Positions 39,050-51,197 of a DNA stretch of 64,000 bases are shown piece by piece. How positions within the stretch are numbered: the first letter of the stretch is position 1; each line of letters opens with the position of its first letter. The DNA is from Macrostomum lignano (lineage: Eukaryota), in contig NIVC01000282.1 in assembly GCA_002269645.1 (NCBI GenBank), positions 372,001 to 436,000 of the forward strand, given 5' to 3'. The translations under genes were made by a program, and so were the position numbers. The notes under the pieces were generated by a model. That model was given only the letters and a program-made list of their open reading frames with translations. It ran no database searches and had not been told where the DNA came from.

Positions 39050-40040
39050 AGTGGTCCGCCCTGTTCTTTTCCGCTCTTCGTCTGCTCTTTTTTCGCTCCC
39101 CGGTCCGCCCTTTTCTCTCCCCCCCTGGAAGTCCGCCCTGTTCTTTTCCGCTCCCTGGTCCGCCCTGTTCTCTCCCCCCCCCCCGGTAGTCCGCCCTGTT
39201 CTTTTCCGCTCCCTGGTCCGCCCTGTTCTCTCCTCCCCCCTGGTAGTCCGCCCTGTTCTTTTCCGCTCCCTGGTCCGCCCTGTTCTCTCCTCCCCCCTGG
39301 AAGTCCGCCCTGTACTTTTCCGCTCCCTGGTCCGCCCTGTTCTCTCCTCCCCCCTGGAAGTCCGCCCTGTTCTTTTCCGCTCCCTGGTCCGCCCTGTTCT
39401 TTTCCGCTCTTCGTCTGCTCTTTTTCCGCTCCCCGGTCCGCCCTGCTCTTTTCCGCTCTTCGTCTGCTCTTTTTCCGCTCCCCGGTCCGCCCTGCTCTTT
39501 TCCGCTCTTCGTCTGCTCTTTTTCCGCTCCCCGGTCCGCCCTGTTCTCCCCCCTTGATGGTCCGCCCTGTTCTTTTCCGGTTGCCCCCGGTCCGCCCTGT
39601 TCTCCCCCCCCCCTGGTGGTCCGCCCTGTTCTTTTCCGCTCCCTGGTGGTCCGCCCTGTTCCCCCCCCCTCCCTGGTGGTCCACCCTGTTCTCCCCGCCC
39701 CCTGGTGGTCCGCCCTGTTCTCCCCCCCCCCCTGGCCCCTGGTAGTCCGCCGTTCTTTTCCGCTCCCTGGTCCGCCCTGTTCCCCCCCTGGTAGTCCGCC
39801 CTGTTCTTTTCCGCTCCCTGGTCCGCCCTGTTCTCCCCCCCCCCTGGCCCCCTGGTAGTCCGCCCTGTTCTTTTCCGCTCCCTGGTCCGCCCTGTTCTTT
39901 TCCGCTCCCTGGTCCGCCCTGTTCCCCCCCCCCCTGGTAGTCCGCCCTGTTCTTTTCCGCTCCCTGGTCCGCCCTGTTCTCCCCCCCCCCCTGGTGGTCC
40001 GCCGTTCTTTTCCGCTCCCGATCTGCTCTTTTTCCGCCTC
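39050..40040. repeat. CT-rich compound minisatellite upstream of MEK
   Basis: GGTCCGCCCTGTTCTTTTCCGCTCCCT-type units; explains the ADQGAEKNR and similar ORFs. Confidence 0.9.
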
Positions 40041-40221
40041 CCTCATGGTCCGCCCAGTTCCTCCACCCCAGCTGGTCCCGACCAATTTCTCCGCCCCTGA
40101 ACCGCCGTTGCAGTTGAAGCCCAGATCAAGTTCAATCGATTCATAAGCCAATAAACAGCTTCAGCTTGCATTCCGAATCCTTGCCAATCCCAGGAAGCGG
40201 ACACAGCCAGACGCAGTCCCG

Positions 40222-43200
40222 ATGTCATCAGACCAACCGGCGGCCCCGCCAACGGGCAGGAAGAAGCCGGTCAACCTGACCCTGACCGCTACGGTAACCA
40301 TAGCAACGCCGTCGCCCAGCTCATCCTCGGGACCGTCAGATTCAGCCGCCTCAACGATCACGTCGTCGTCGGGCGCATTGGCTTCGGGCGCAGCGGCGTC
40401 GGAGTCAATAGACGCCAGCGCGAAGCTCAACGACGATGGCGCCGAGCTAGACGCCAGCCAGCGAAAGAAGCTGCTCGAGTTTGTGCAGCGAAAGCGCGCA
40501 ATTGCCGAGCTGCGAAACGACGATTTCACCGACATAGTCGAATTGGGCAGCGGCTCCTCCGGCGTGGTGCAACGAGTGCTGCACCAGCCCACGGGCCAAG
40601 TGATGGCCAGAAAGCTCATTTATTTGGAGATCAAACCTACTGTGCGATCGCAGATCATTCGCGAGCTGGAGGTGAGCAATGAGCATTGGCACTGAGCACT
40701 GAACATTGAGCATTGAGCACTGAGCATTAAGAAATGAGAACTGAGCATTAAGCATTGAGTACTGAGCATTAAAGCATTGAGCAGTGAGACCAACCCACCG
40801 AAATCAATGTCTAACCCACCCAAATCCATCTCTATCTTACCCAAACCCGTCTCTAATCACCCAAATCAATGTCTAACCTACCCAAATCCATCTCTAACCT
40901 ACCCAAATCCGTCCCTAACTTACCCAAACCCGTCTCTAACCTACCCAAATCAATGTCTAACCCACCCAAATCCATCTCTAACCTACCCAATCCCTCTCTA
41001 ACCTACCCAATCCCTCTCTAACCTACCCAATCCCTCTCTAACTTACCCAAACCCGTCTCTAACCTACCCAATCCCTCTCTAACTTACCCAAATCCATCTC
41101 TAACCTACCCAATCCCTCTATAACCTACCCAAACCCGTCTTTAACCTACCCAATCCCTCTCTAACCTACCCAATCCCTATCTTACCTACCCAAACCCGTC
41201 TTTAACCTACCCAATCCATATCTAACCTACCCAAATCCCTGTCTAACCTACCTAATCCCTCTCTAACCTACCCAATCCCTCTAACCTATCCAATCCATCT
41301 CTAACCTACCCAATCCCTCTCTAACCTACCCAATCCCTCTCTAACCTACCCAATCCCTCTCTAACCTACCAATCCTACCTAAGACTTACATCTAACCGTC
41401 GTGGCTACTCAATCTCAGTGTAAACCTACCAATTCACACGGTCAATCCCAAATTCCAGGTCCTGCACTCCTGCAAAAGTCCCTACATCGTTGGCTACTTC
41501 GGCTCATTCCTAGCTGACTCTTCCGCCACCATCTGCATCTGCATGGAGTACATGAACGCTGGCTCCCTGGATCTGGTGCTCAAGCAGGCTGGCAGATTGC
41601 CCGAACCGATTGTGGCCAAGATCACCCAGTCCGTGCTTCGAGGTTTGGTTTATCTGCGACAGATCAACTGCTTGCACAGGTAGGTGGGCGGAGTGATGCC
41701 TAATTAGTGTTGATATCTTGGATTTCCTATTGGGCGATGGCCGTTAAAGAAGATTTCAGATGAAGCAAATAGAGAAGCTGGAGACTGTGGTAGAGCAATG
41801 AAATTACGGATGATGCACAGGAGTGCTGGGAGAATTCAACAGCCTAGGATCAAGTAGGACGAGGAATTGACCTAGGACGATTTATCAACCGACCTTCAAC
41901 TCCAACAAAGCAGCTCCGTACGCCGCTGCCCCATTTACAGAGACGTGAAGCCGTCCAACATTCTGGTGAACCTCGATGGCGAGTGCAAGCTGTGCGACTT
42001 CGGCGTGTCCGGCCAGCTGATTGACAGCATGGCTGACAGCTTCGTTGGCACCAGATCGTACATGGCGCCCGAGCGGCTGAACGGCGAGGAATATTCCATC
42101 CTGTCAGACATCTGGTCTCTCGGCCTGAGCTTGATCGAAGTTTCCACCGGGCGCTACCCGATCCCGGAGCCGGACAGCCGGGATTACACCAGCGTTTTCA
42201 GCAGCGACCGCCAGCAGAACCTGCTGGACCACCGGGAGGCCGCTGTGCAAGGGAAACCGCTTAAAGGTAAGGGCTGAGACATTGGAGAGTGGGGTGCATA
42301 CATGCGCAACCTTGGGAATCACCCAGGCCGTTTCTATTGGCAACACACACATTTAAGTCGCTATTGGCTGAGAGCAGTCACGTGACTACTATTCCGTTTA
42401 ATAGCGACTTACACGTGTGTTGCCAATAGAAACGACCGGGTGAATCCCTAGGTTGCACCCAAGCATGGTGGGGTGGGTGAGGGAGTGAGGTGGGTGAGGG
42501 AGTGAGGCGGGTGAGGGAGTGAGGCGGGTGAGGGAGTGAGGCGGGTGAGGGAGTGAGGTGAATGAGGGAGTGAGGCGGGTGAGGGCGTTAGATGGGCGAG
42601 GGAGTGAAGTTTGTGAGTGAGTGACGCGGGTGAGGGAGTGAGATGGGTGAGGGAGTGAGGCGGGTGAGGGAGTGAGGCGGGTGAGGGAGTGAGGCGGGTG
42701 AGGGAGTGAGGCGGGTGAGGGAGTGAGGCGGGTGAGGGAGTGAGGCGGGTGAGGGAGTGAGGCGGGTGAGGGAGTGAGGCGGGTGAGGGAGTGAGGCGGG
42801 TGAGGGAGTGAGGCGGGTGAGGGAGTGAGGTGAATGAGGGAGTGAGGCGGGTGAGGGCGTTAGATGGGCGAGGGAGTGAAGTTTGTGAGTGAGTGACGCG
42901 GGTGAGGGAGACGGTTGAGGGAGTGGGGTGGTTGAGGGAGTGAGGTGGTTGAGGGAGTGAGGTGGTTGAGGGAGTGAGGTGGTTGAGGGAGTGAGGTGGT
43001 TGAGGGAGTGAGGTGGTTGAGGGAGCAAGTGTTAAAGGAAGAGCTGACGTGCATTAACTTTAATATGCAAGGATATGCAGCCGATACAAATTCTACCCCT
43101 AAAAAATTGCCCGCTCCCAGGCATGAGCGACTCGCAGACCGGGCCCACCCAGATGGCAATATTCGAGCTGCTTTCCTACATTGTCTACCAGCAGCCGCCG

Positions 43201-43389
43201 AAGCTGCCCAGCTTCGCCTTCAGTGAGCAATTCTGCGAATTCGTTGACTGCTGCCTGCGCAAGGATACAAAGGAGAGAACAAGGCTAGCGGGCCTGCAGG
43301 AGCTGGAGTTCCCGCGCATGTACGACTCAGACGAGGCCATCTCGCTTGGGTCCTACCTCAGAGCGCTGTTAAAAACTCCATTGAAGTAG
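40222..43389 (+). CDS. MAP2K1: Dual-specificity MAP kinase kinase MEK1/2 (Dsor1-like)
   Basis: Exons 40222-40671, 41459-41679, 41941-42266 and 43121-43389 with consistent phases. D-domain [96 protein letters not shown]. Confidence 0.96.
40672..41395. repeat. TGAGCA-type and 20-21-bp (CTAACCTACCCAATCCCTCT) minisatellites in MEK intron 1
   Basis: Tandem units start right at the donor and fill the intron. Confidence 0.9.
42296..42467. mobile_element. Palindromic MITE, family B copy 1
   Basis: Inverted arms GTTTCTATTGGCAACACAC / GTGTGTTGCCAATAGAAAC; a second, inverted copy is at 49759-49933. Confidence 0.75.
42470..43025. repeat. 17-bp G-rich minisatellite in MEK intron 3
   Basis: GGGTGAGGGAGTGAGGC units. 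Confidence 0.92.
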
Positions 43390-43648
43390 CGGCCGCTTGG
43401 ATTTTGTTAATTGTGTATGTTAATGAAAGTTGCTGCCTTTCTTATATATCTTGTTTTATAAAAATATGATACCATTTTGCCGAATGGTTTCACAGTTTCT
43501 TGTCCCGCTTTTCCCATGGACAGCTGTAAGCAGATGGCGAAATTTTCACTGGAGTTCAAAATGCATTAGTACTGAGTTCCCGACATCTTCTGGACTAGCT
43601 ATTTCTCCTGAACTGCTACCGATAACAGGCAGTCAATCAATTTTTTAT

Positions 43649-43821
43649 CAAGGACCACTAGCAGCATATCCTGTAGAGTACGCATTCTGACACACCTATT
43701 GGCCAGAAATTATGCCGTCCATAAAACTTCTGTAGAGTCAGGATCAACAGTTAAAATCGGCCTCCAAAAAATTTCCACAAATCACGAGTGTAGCGTCCTG
43801 GTATACTGCTAGTGGTCCTTG
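43649..43821. mobile_element. MITE with CAAGG termini and an 8-bp TSD (P-superfamily-like)
   Basis: TIR CAAGGACCACTAGCAG / CTGCTAGTGGTCCTTG; TSD TTTTTTAT (43641-43648 and 43822-43829). Confidence 0.8.
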
Positions 43822-45840
43822 TTTTTTATAAGAGGCAGGGTTATGTGTGCATCCTGGCGCACTTTAAGCGACATTGTCACACGACCGGCGAGAGGCATTG
43901 CTGCCCATTCCACCGACTCCCCTGAGCAGGCACACACTCACACAGGAGTGTACAGCGGCCCTAACGTTTGAGCATTTTGCCGTTGTCTAAATTTACTGCT
44001 TTTAATTTTTTCTCACGATCTACTTGTGAACCAATATTGGGCGAAGCACACGCTTGGTCCCTATGAAACTTGGAAGTCCAGAAGGTGAGACAACTGTCAG
44101 TCTTCTCCTACTGCTTCGGTCGTAAAAAGCCAGGGTGACCAGGGATAGCCTTAGCAATTCGTTGCTGCTTCATTGGGTTTCGGATTTTAAACATTAGTTC
44201 TGAGTAGCCATACCATACATGTAGCGCTTATATTAGAGTTTCTGTGGAGTTTGAAAAAATTTAAAAAGTCCCATTCTATACGTACTACTCTATTGTTAGT
44301 AGGTGATGTGTTCTAACTTGTTAGGCTATTTTAAATAAAACAAAATATAATTTGTCACAAACGAGAGAGCAAAACATTGGGCATCGAAGTACTTTTAAAG
44401 AGAAAATTGGATTGTAATTGGTTTTCAGTGTCATCTCTTAATTTGCAATGCCCCAGTATTTTAACAATTGTTTCTGGCTCAGTACAATGCACACTTGCTT
44501 CTTTTAAGTTTAAAAGTGCCCCCCCAGCATATACCGCAGCTCTTTTGTCTGTCCGTGTCCAATATCTATGCTTTATTCAGATCTTTGTCCGTAGAGAGAT
44601 TGAATAGTTTTTATCCGATTTGACTAACAATTTCCTTTCTTCTTTAAAATTGCAGCTTTCATTTGCTGGTTATAATTGTAAAAATTTTATGCCAATCGAT
44701 GACTTCTTCGTAATTTTATCATCAAATTCGTTACATTGATCTGAGCTCCAATCGATGCTAAATGTTCCTACATTAATCCTAATGCACTACCATATGAGAT
44801 CCATATTCAGTCATTGAAATATGACCACAATATGACGCCATAGATTCCAATTGTCAGCAAAGAATTTTCTGCATATATTAACTCAAAATAAACTTCAACA
44901 ATTTCAGTAGTGCATAGCCCTGCAATGAATTGTGCTTATTGTTACTGTGTTTGACAAAGCTAAATAAGAGAGAGTACAATTTATATTTTATTAAAATTAT
45001 TTGATAAGACGGAAATTGACAATTACTATATAGTATGGACTATGATTTCTTAGAAATGAGCAGGAGGACCCTAGCTGTAAAGCAAAGGAACTCATATTTA
45101 TCGAATCTAGTGCTTTTAGTGCATTCAAGACTGATCAAAGTCCATTCAAACAGTGAAAAAGTAGCAGATTTTTCACAGAGATCATGTAGCATTGATCGAG
45201 CTAGGACTGCATGCGCCTATTATACATGTACATGTATTGGCAGCTCTGTGTAGAGGCGAGAGCGCTAGAATGGTGCCTTTGCTTGTCGGGGTACGCTGAC
45301 TCTCGTTTGATAGCGCCACTAGCACCTTGCGACAAAAAGGCAGGTACTATACAGAGTTGACGAGACAGTAGACGCGAATAAGCAAGTAGAACAGAATTCC
45401 ATTCCTCTCGGAGTTCGATGATTGATTCGGCTAGAGATGCCGCCCCCTCGATCGCAGACTTCATTGCACGAACTCCGGATCGCGCGGCAAAAAAAGCAGC
45501 TGTTCTCGCTCCACGTTCCAAGAGACTTGACAGCCGATAATTGTCTTTAAATTGTTCGTGTAATGTGTACATGTATATCATGTACATACATATTGTAGAT
45601 GTATATTTTGTTTAAACGCATATAAAGAGATCATCTCATGTATACTGTGCACTGCGTCAGAAGCCACGTCGAGTGTAGTGTACGCGGTGAATGCCTACTG
45701 CCCATGCCTCCGTTTCATGTACTTAGTGTTTTTATGTTTCACGCTTTAATCATTCTTTAATTCCTACTTATAATTAGGTTTATATCCTTTAATTTTTATA
45801 TAACTCCATGAATCCAGCAGTCAGTCAGCAAGGACTTTTT

Positions 45841-48212
45841 CAGGGACTACTTAAACTATAGACGGGAAACTGCATGGCCAGATCATGCAGAAAATAGTTG
45901 GGAGGCTGGTTTTTTCTAGCGCTCCCTAGAATTTATTATTGAACGTAGAAAGCTGGTTTTTCCGCCATCCTGTACAGAATTTATTCCTCTACAAGATGCA
46001 ACAACTTAGTTTTTATCAAGCTTCATTTTGAGAGGAGCGGTGAGCTTCTTTGTACAGTACCCCCTTTTTCATGGTGTTTTAAATAGAGAATGTCATAAAA
46101 ATCTGCCGTCAGACGGCTTTTTGTCTATGGTATAAAACGCATCACTATAACACTTGTGTATCAATTGATCATGCAACGAAGGCTTTGCTTTAGTCTGCCT
46201 GATGACTAATAGAGCCTTATATGTACATGTAGCTCGTATATATGAATGAAGAGCTTAGCTAAAGGCGAAAGAAACTCTAGCAAACCAACTTTTTTTGAGC
46301 TAAGCTCACGAGACTCCCGTCGAGTGGATCATCAACGCAGAGCTACCCGGACGGGATGTAGCGAGGCTGCGGCAGCTGCTAAAGCGCAACGAGAACTTGT
46401 TCGCCAAGCTTGAGTTCGACCTGGACACGACGGAGCTGCTACAGCACCAGGTCGAACTGGAACCGGGAACTCGGCTGCACCGGCAAATCCAAGCAGCGTC
46501 ATCTGCCTGTGCGAGATCAGGTGGATTAGAAAGATCGTACAGATGCTGGACAGCGGCATCATCGAGCCGTCGTCGTCGCCATGGGCGAGCAACCTGCTGG
46601 TGGTCCGTAAGAAGAACGGCGCAAAATGCACGGACTGGCGGCAGCTGAATGCCTGCACGGTCAAGGACGCGCACCCGCTGCCGCACATGCAGCAAGCATG
46701 AATGCTCTGGTCGGGTGCTCCTGGTTCTCCACCATCGTCGGCAGGGCTACCACCAGGTGAAGGTGGCAGAAGAGGACCGGTTTAAAACTGCCTTCTATTT
46801 ATTGAGCCGCGGCCTTTGACGGGCTTTGGTATTTGCAATGCCCCAGCGAACGTTCCAGCGCGGCTGATGGAGCTGGTGAAGTCCGGTCTGTCCTGGACTC
46901 CGTGCTGACTTACATCGACGACATCATCGTCTTCAGCAGGACCTTTGACGAGCATCTGGTGAGACTTAGGCGTGTTTTTTAACGGCTGCGAGATACGGGT
47001 CTCAAACTGCACAATGCGAAGAGCGTGCAGTTCGGCCATCGCCGGGTACTGTACCTGGGACACCTGATCAGCGAGCAGGGTATTGCACCGGACCCCAGCA
47101 AGTTTGAGGTCATTCGCAGCATCCCTAGTCCAAAGTCGGTCAAAGAGATGAAGCGGTTCCTCGGGGGGTTCTACCACCGATTCATCGAAGAGTTCAGCCA
47201 GACGGCTAGAGACCTGCGTGAAATCGAGACTTCGCATCAACCGACGACTCCGAGCAAGCTCACAGTAAAAGAAAATTGACCGAAAGAAGCATGCAGGCGC
47301 GGGGAGCTCTGATTCCTCCGATTTCCTGGAGATGGTTTCCAGGGGAAAGCTGACATAGCGGCCTGAGTGGCTGTTTCCATTTTCTCGTCTATCCGCTCCG
47401 CCAGCTTTACACTGCATGCAGTCTCCAAGCTGTGCCTCTCGTGTTCATAAATTTTTTCTGAGCATTGCCGAATACTTAATTTCTTTTCTGGTCACGACTT
47501 TCCAGCAACTGCTGTCTCAAGCGACTGTCGAATTGCTTTTTTGAAGACCTTGTCCAGCGCTACAAGACCAAAGACCAAATTCGGCTGTCCACTGTCAATG
47601 TGCCATGAGTCGAGACTGACTGACACGCGATATCATGTAGAGGTTTATAATACATACGAGCGTATTTGTGAAATTTTGAATGCCTATATGTCCACAAAAT
47701 ATACCTAGCAATACGTACGTACAGTCACCGACTGCGACTCTGTGAAAAAATCGTCTTCTGTTTTTCCTTTGCTCTTTTCCATTGCCCCCCCCCCGCCGCG
47801 TGGCTCGGTTTCAGAGTAATTGCAGAGCAGCTTTCAGAGTAATGACAAGAATTTATTTTGTTATTCAAGGCTAATTTTTAGACGACGCAGCGAGGCGGCT
47901 ACAAACTTAACTGAATAGCGATTGATGCTTGTGCAGAAACCCTAGCTAGACATTTCAATAAAGCATTTGCGGTAAAATTTTCTAGATAAAAGGGGGCTCC
48001 TGTACAAAAAAGCTCACCACTCCTCTCAAAATAAAGATCGACAAAAACTAAGTTGTGCATCTTTTAAAGGGATAAATTCTGTACCAGATGGCGAAAAAAC
48101 CAGCTTTCTACGTTCAATAACGAATTCTAGGGAGCGCTAAAAAAACCAGCCTCCAACTATTTTCTGCATGATCTGGCCAGTTTCCCGTCCCTAGTTTAAT
48201 TAGTAGTCCCTA
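45841..48212. mobile_element. 2.4-kb element with ~230-bp TIRs enclosing retroelement sequence
   Basis: 45841-46069 and 47988-48212 are reverse complements (AGGGACTA...AAAATAGTTGGGAGGCTGGTTTTT...AACGTAGAAAGCTGG). No TSD was found. Confidence 0.8.
46320..47230 (+). pseudogene. Decayed Ty3/Gypsy pol fragment (reverse transcriptase)
   Basis: Across frameshifts: MLDSGIIEPSSSPWASNLLVVRKKNG, DWRQLNACTVKDAHPLP, YHQVKVAEEDRFKTAF, YIDDIIVFS (46911), YLGHLISEQGIAPDPSK, KEMKRFLG. Confidence 0.92.
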
Positions 48213-49758
48213 GTTTAGGAGAATTGGAGTTGGCAGATCTAGCTACGATTGTGAATTTGTACAGGAAGAATAATACTTATGATAAGTTAAATTTATATCT
48301 AAAATTTAGCCTTGGGGGTTATCTGTATTTTTAATACTAAAACACTATTTCCGTGTGAAATATACTGGTAAAACATGTATTTGAATTTGTTTTATAGAAA
48401 TAAAATGTTAACGTAGTTTAATTGAAAAAGCCGTGAATACACCGACAAACAAAAAGGTGCTAGGCCTAATTATGCATCAGACAAATGCATTACTTGTTTC
48501 TTTTATTTGGCGATTCACAATATTTTACACTTTCTGTATTGAATTCAATCTCACTCGACTGTTTTTGAATTCTAAGCCCATTCTCAAAATTTCAAGAATT
48601 TCTTGAAATGACCTAAAATTAAACTAGAAAATTAAAAAAGAGAAAATTAAACTAGATAACAACTTATTCGTCCCGTCACCGGACAAATTACAACTGCCAA
48701 ATTAAAAAGGCCAAGTCTCGAAATTCAAGATCGAGATTGAGTACTTGGTCGGACTTTATGCTATGGCCAATGCTATGAGTTTAAGTGGTTTAACCTAGAC
48801 AAAATGTTTATTTTATTAGCTTTCTAGCCTTTCAATGCTAATCACTAATCAATCAAAATTATGACATCATCATTATGTAGTACAATTTATAGACTTCTTA
48901 TACTCTAGGTAGGCCTAGGCCTAGATAAAATAGTTTCAGTTTCAATAGGCTATATTGCAGAAGATGTATTATATACTAGAAAATTCCAGTGTACAAATGC
49001 TTAAGCTGGTGTATAAGGAAGAATTAGGCCCTATTATAACTTTTTGATCATTGCCAATGACATTGGCTTACAATTTTTAACAAGGCCTATACATGTTCAA
49101 GCTTATGGCATATTGTACAAAAGCATTGAAGTATGTGTCTTAATTGCATAAATTATGCTAAACAATCTTTTGCTATAATATTAATAAAGTTAATTTCAAA
49201 ATTAAGACAATAAATTGAGTTTTTAAATAATATACTAAACTTTTTTACAGTTGCTACTAACTTGGAAAAATATAACTAAATCAATAATAATATACATAAA
49301 TATTTTGTTTTAGGCCTACTAATTATTTTTTCTTTAAATGATATTAAATAGTTTCATTTTTGCAACAATTATTTGCTGCATCTACTGCTTGTTACATAGG
49401 TCATATGCTTTTTAGTCTTGCAATTTTAGTCATTAGTGACATACAAAAAAGTTACTAGAATACCTTATTGGTTAAATTCCTAGTAGGGCCTATACTAGAT
49501 AGCTAAATACTTTTTAGCATACATGTAATACAATCTACAATAAGTTAATAGGATTATAATTTATTTCCAAATTTCCATGTTTTTCATAGTGTAGACACTG
49601 CAGATTTGAAAATTAAGCTTTATTTTTTTATAGCTTAAAGCCTAACCCACATTCCCGAGTATGCTATTCTGTGAAGGTTATTCCCAGGCACAACTGGGTC
49701 TGGTCTGGGGCCAGCGTGTACCACATGCGTGGCATGCGCTGCGTGCCTGTATAGCATG

Positions 49759-49933
49759 CATGCTTGGGCACAATCTAGGGATTCACCTAGCCATTTCTAT
49801 TGGCAACACATAGATATAAGTTGCTATTGGATGGAATAGTAGTCATGTGACTGCTCTCAGCCAATAGTGACTTACATGTGTGTGTGTTGCCAATAGAAAC
49901 AGCCAAGTGATTCCCAAGGTTACATATGTATGG
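49759..49933. mobile_element. Palindromic MITE, family B copy 2 (inverted)
   Basis: Reverse-complement match to 42296-42467, including the central GAGAGCAGTCACGTGACTAC region. Confidence 0.75.
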
Positions 49934-51197
49934 AAAATCTGAAGTATTTTATATACTTAAAGTTTAACAAGTCCAAATTTATGTGTTTCCTAAGTATTTT
50001 CTTTTTTGTATTATAAGATGGGGGCTGGCTTTATATTACTATATCATAATATGTTCTTTTTTAATATTAATAATAGTGTTTCTTCTTTTCTTTGGCTCAA
50101 ATTCATTTAGTTGATTTTAGCTTTTTTATGAGAAATATAAAATTGTTATTACGTCTAAAGCTTTTTCAACATTGTGACATTGCTTTGAAATCTTAGCAAT
50201 TCCCTTAATTCCACCCATGAGTCTTCTATGGTTTACATGGTGATTATTCTATGGTTAAACCCTACCTTTAACCCTAACACCTTAGGAAAGCCATCCTAAG
50301 CCATCCTTAGGAAGTTTATCTTAGTAATACTGCTTTCAGACTCAACATCTCAGAATCCAGATTATTTCAGAAATGAGTCTATTCTTGATAGGCCCTATTG
50401 GAATAAATGTTGAAAACCTGCAAATGTGTGCTTTAGAAAAGAGTCAAACTATTTTATTGCGCTTTAGGATTATTAAAGATGTTCCGTTTTGTCGAAATCA
50501 AAATTTGCTAACTTTCCAAAATTGAAATTGAAATTTTCCAAAATCAAAATTCAGAAAAACAAAGTTTAGTATGACCAAAACACTCACTTTTTTACTTTCA
50601 ATTTACTGCTAATGCAAAACAGAATACATGTATATGTAGCAGAAATAAGTTTTTTAGTGACTTTTTTAGTCACTTCCAAAATTTTTACTTCTAATTTTTT
50701 TGAAATCGAAATTTGCTCTTAAGAATTCAAATTTTGGAAAATGAAATCAAAATTTTGGAATTTTTCTAAGCTTTATAAATTATGAGTGTATAGGCCCCTT
50801 CCACAGAGGTATTAGACCCCTTTCCATGTATACATATTTGATAGAGCAGCAGCCTGCAGGAAAGGGCAGTGCACTCCGGGCCTGTGCGCGCACTGCACTT
50901 TAGAAAAATTTCAAAAGTGTGCTGGACGCCGTCTGCAGTTTTACAACTTTTTCCTATAGGGTTGACAGGGTGATTCTTTTATAATTTTAGCCCCAGCCCT
51001 GCCGAGTCACAGCATTTCAGCTATTCCCCCTGAGCGCAAGAACTTCAGAGGTTTCCTCTAACTAGCTGAAATATCTCAGCGTCTGTCTAAATATCCTGAT
51101 GACATTTGGTATTTCTGTTGCCATAGATAATTGTATAAGCATGTGCAAGTTTAACAGCTAAGTCTTTGTAATTTGAATTTATGTACAAATATCAGAG

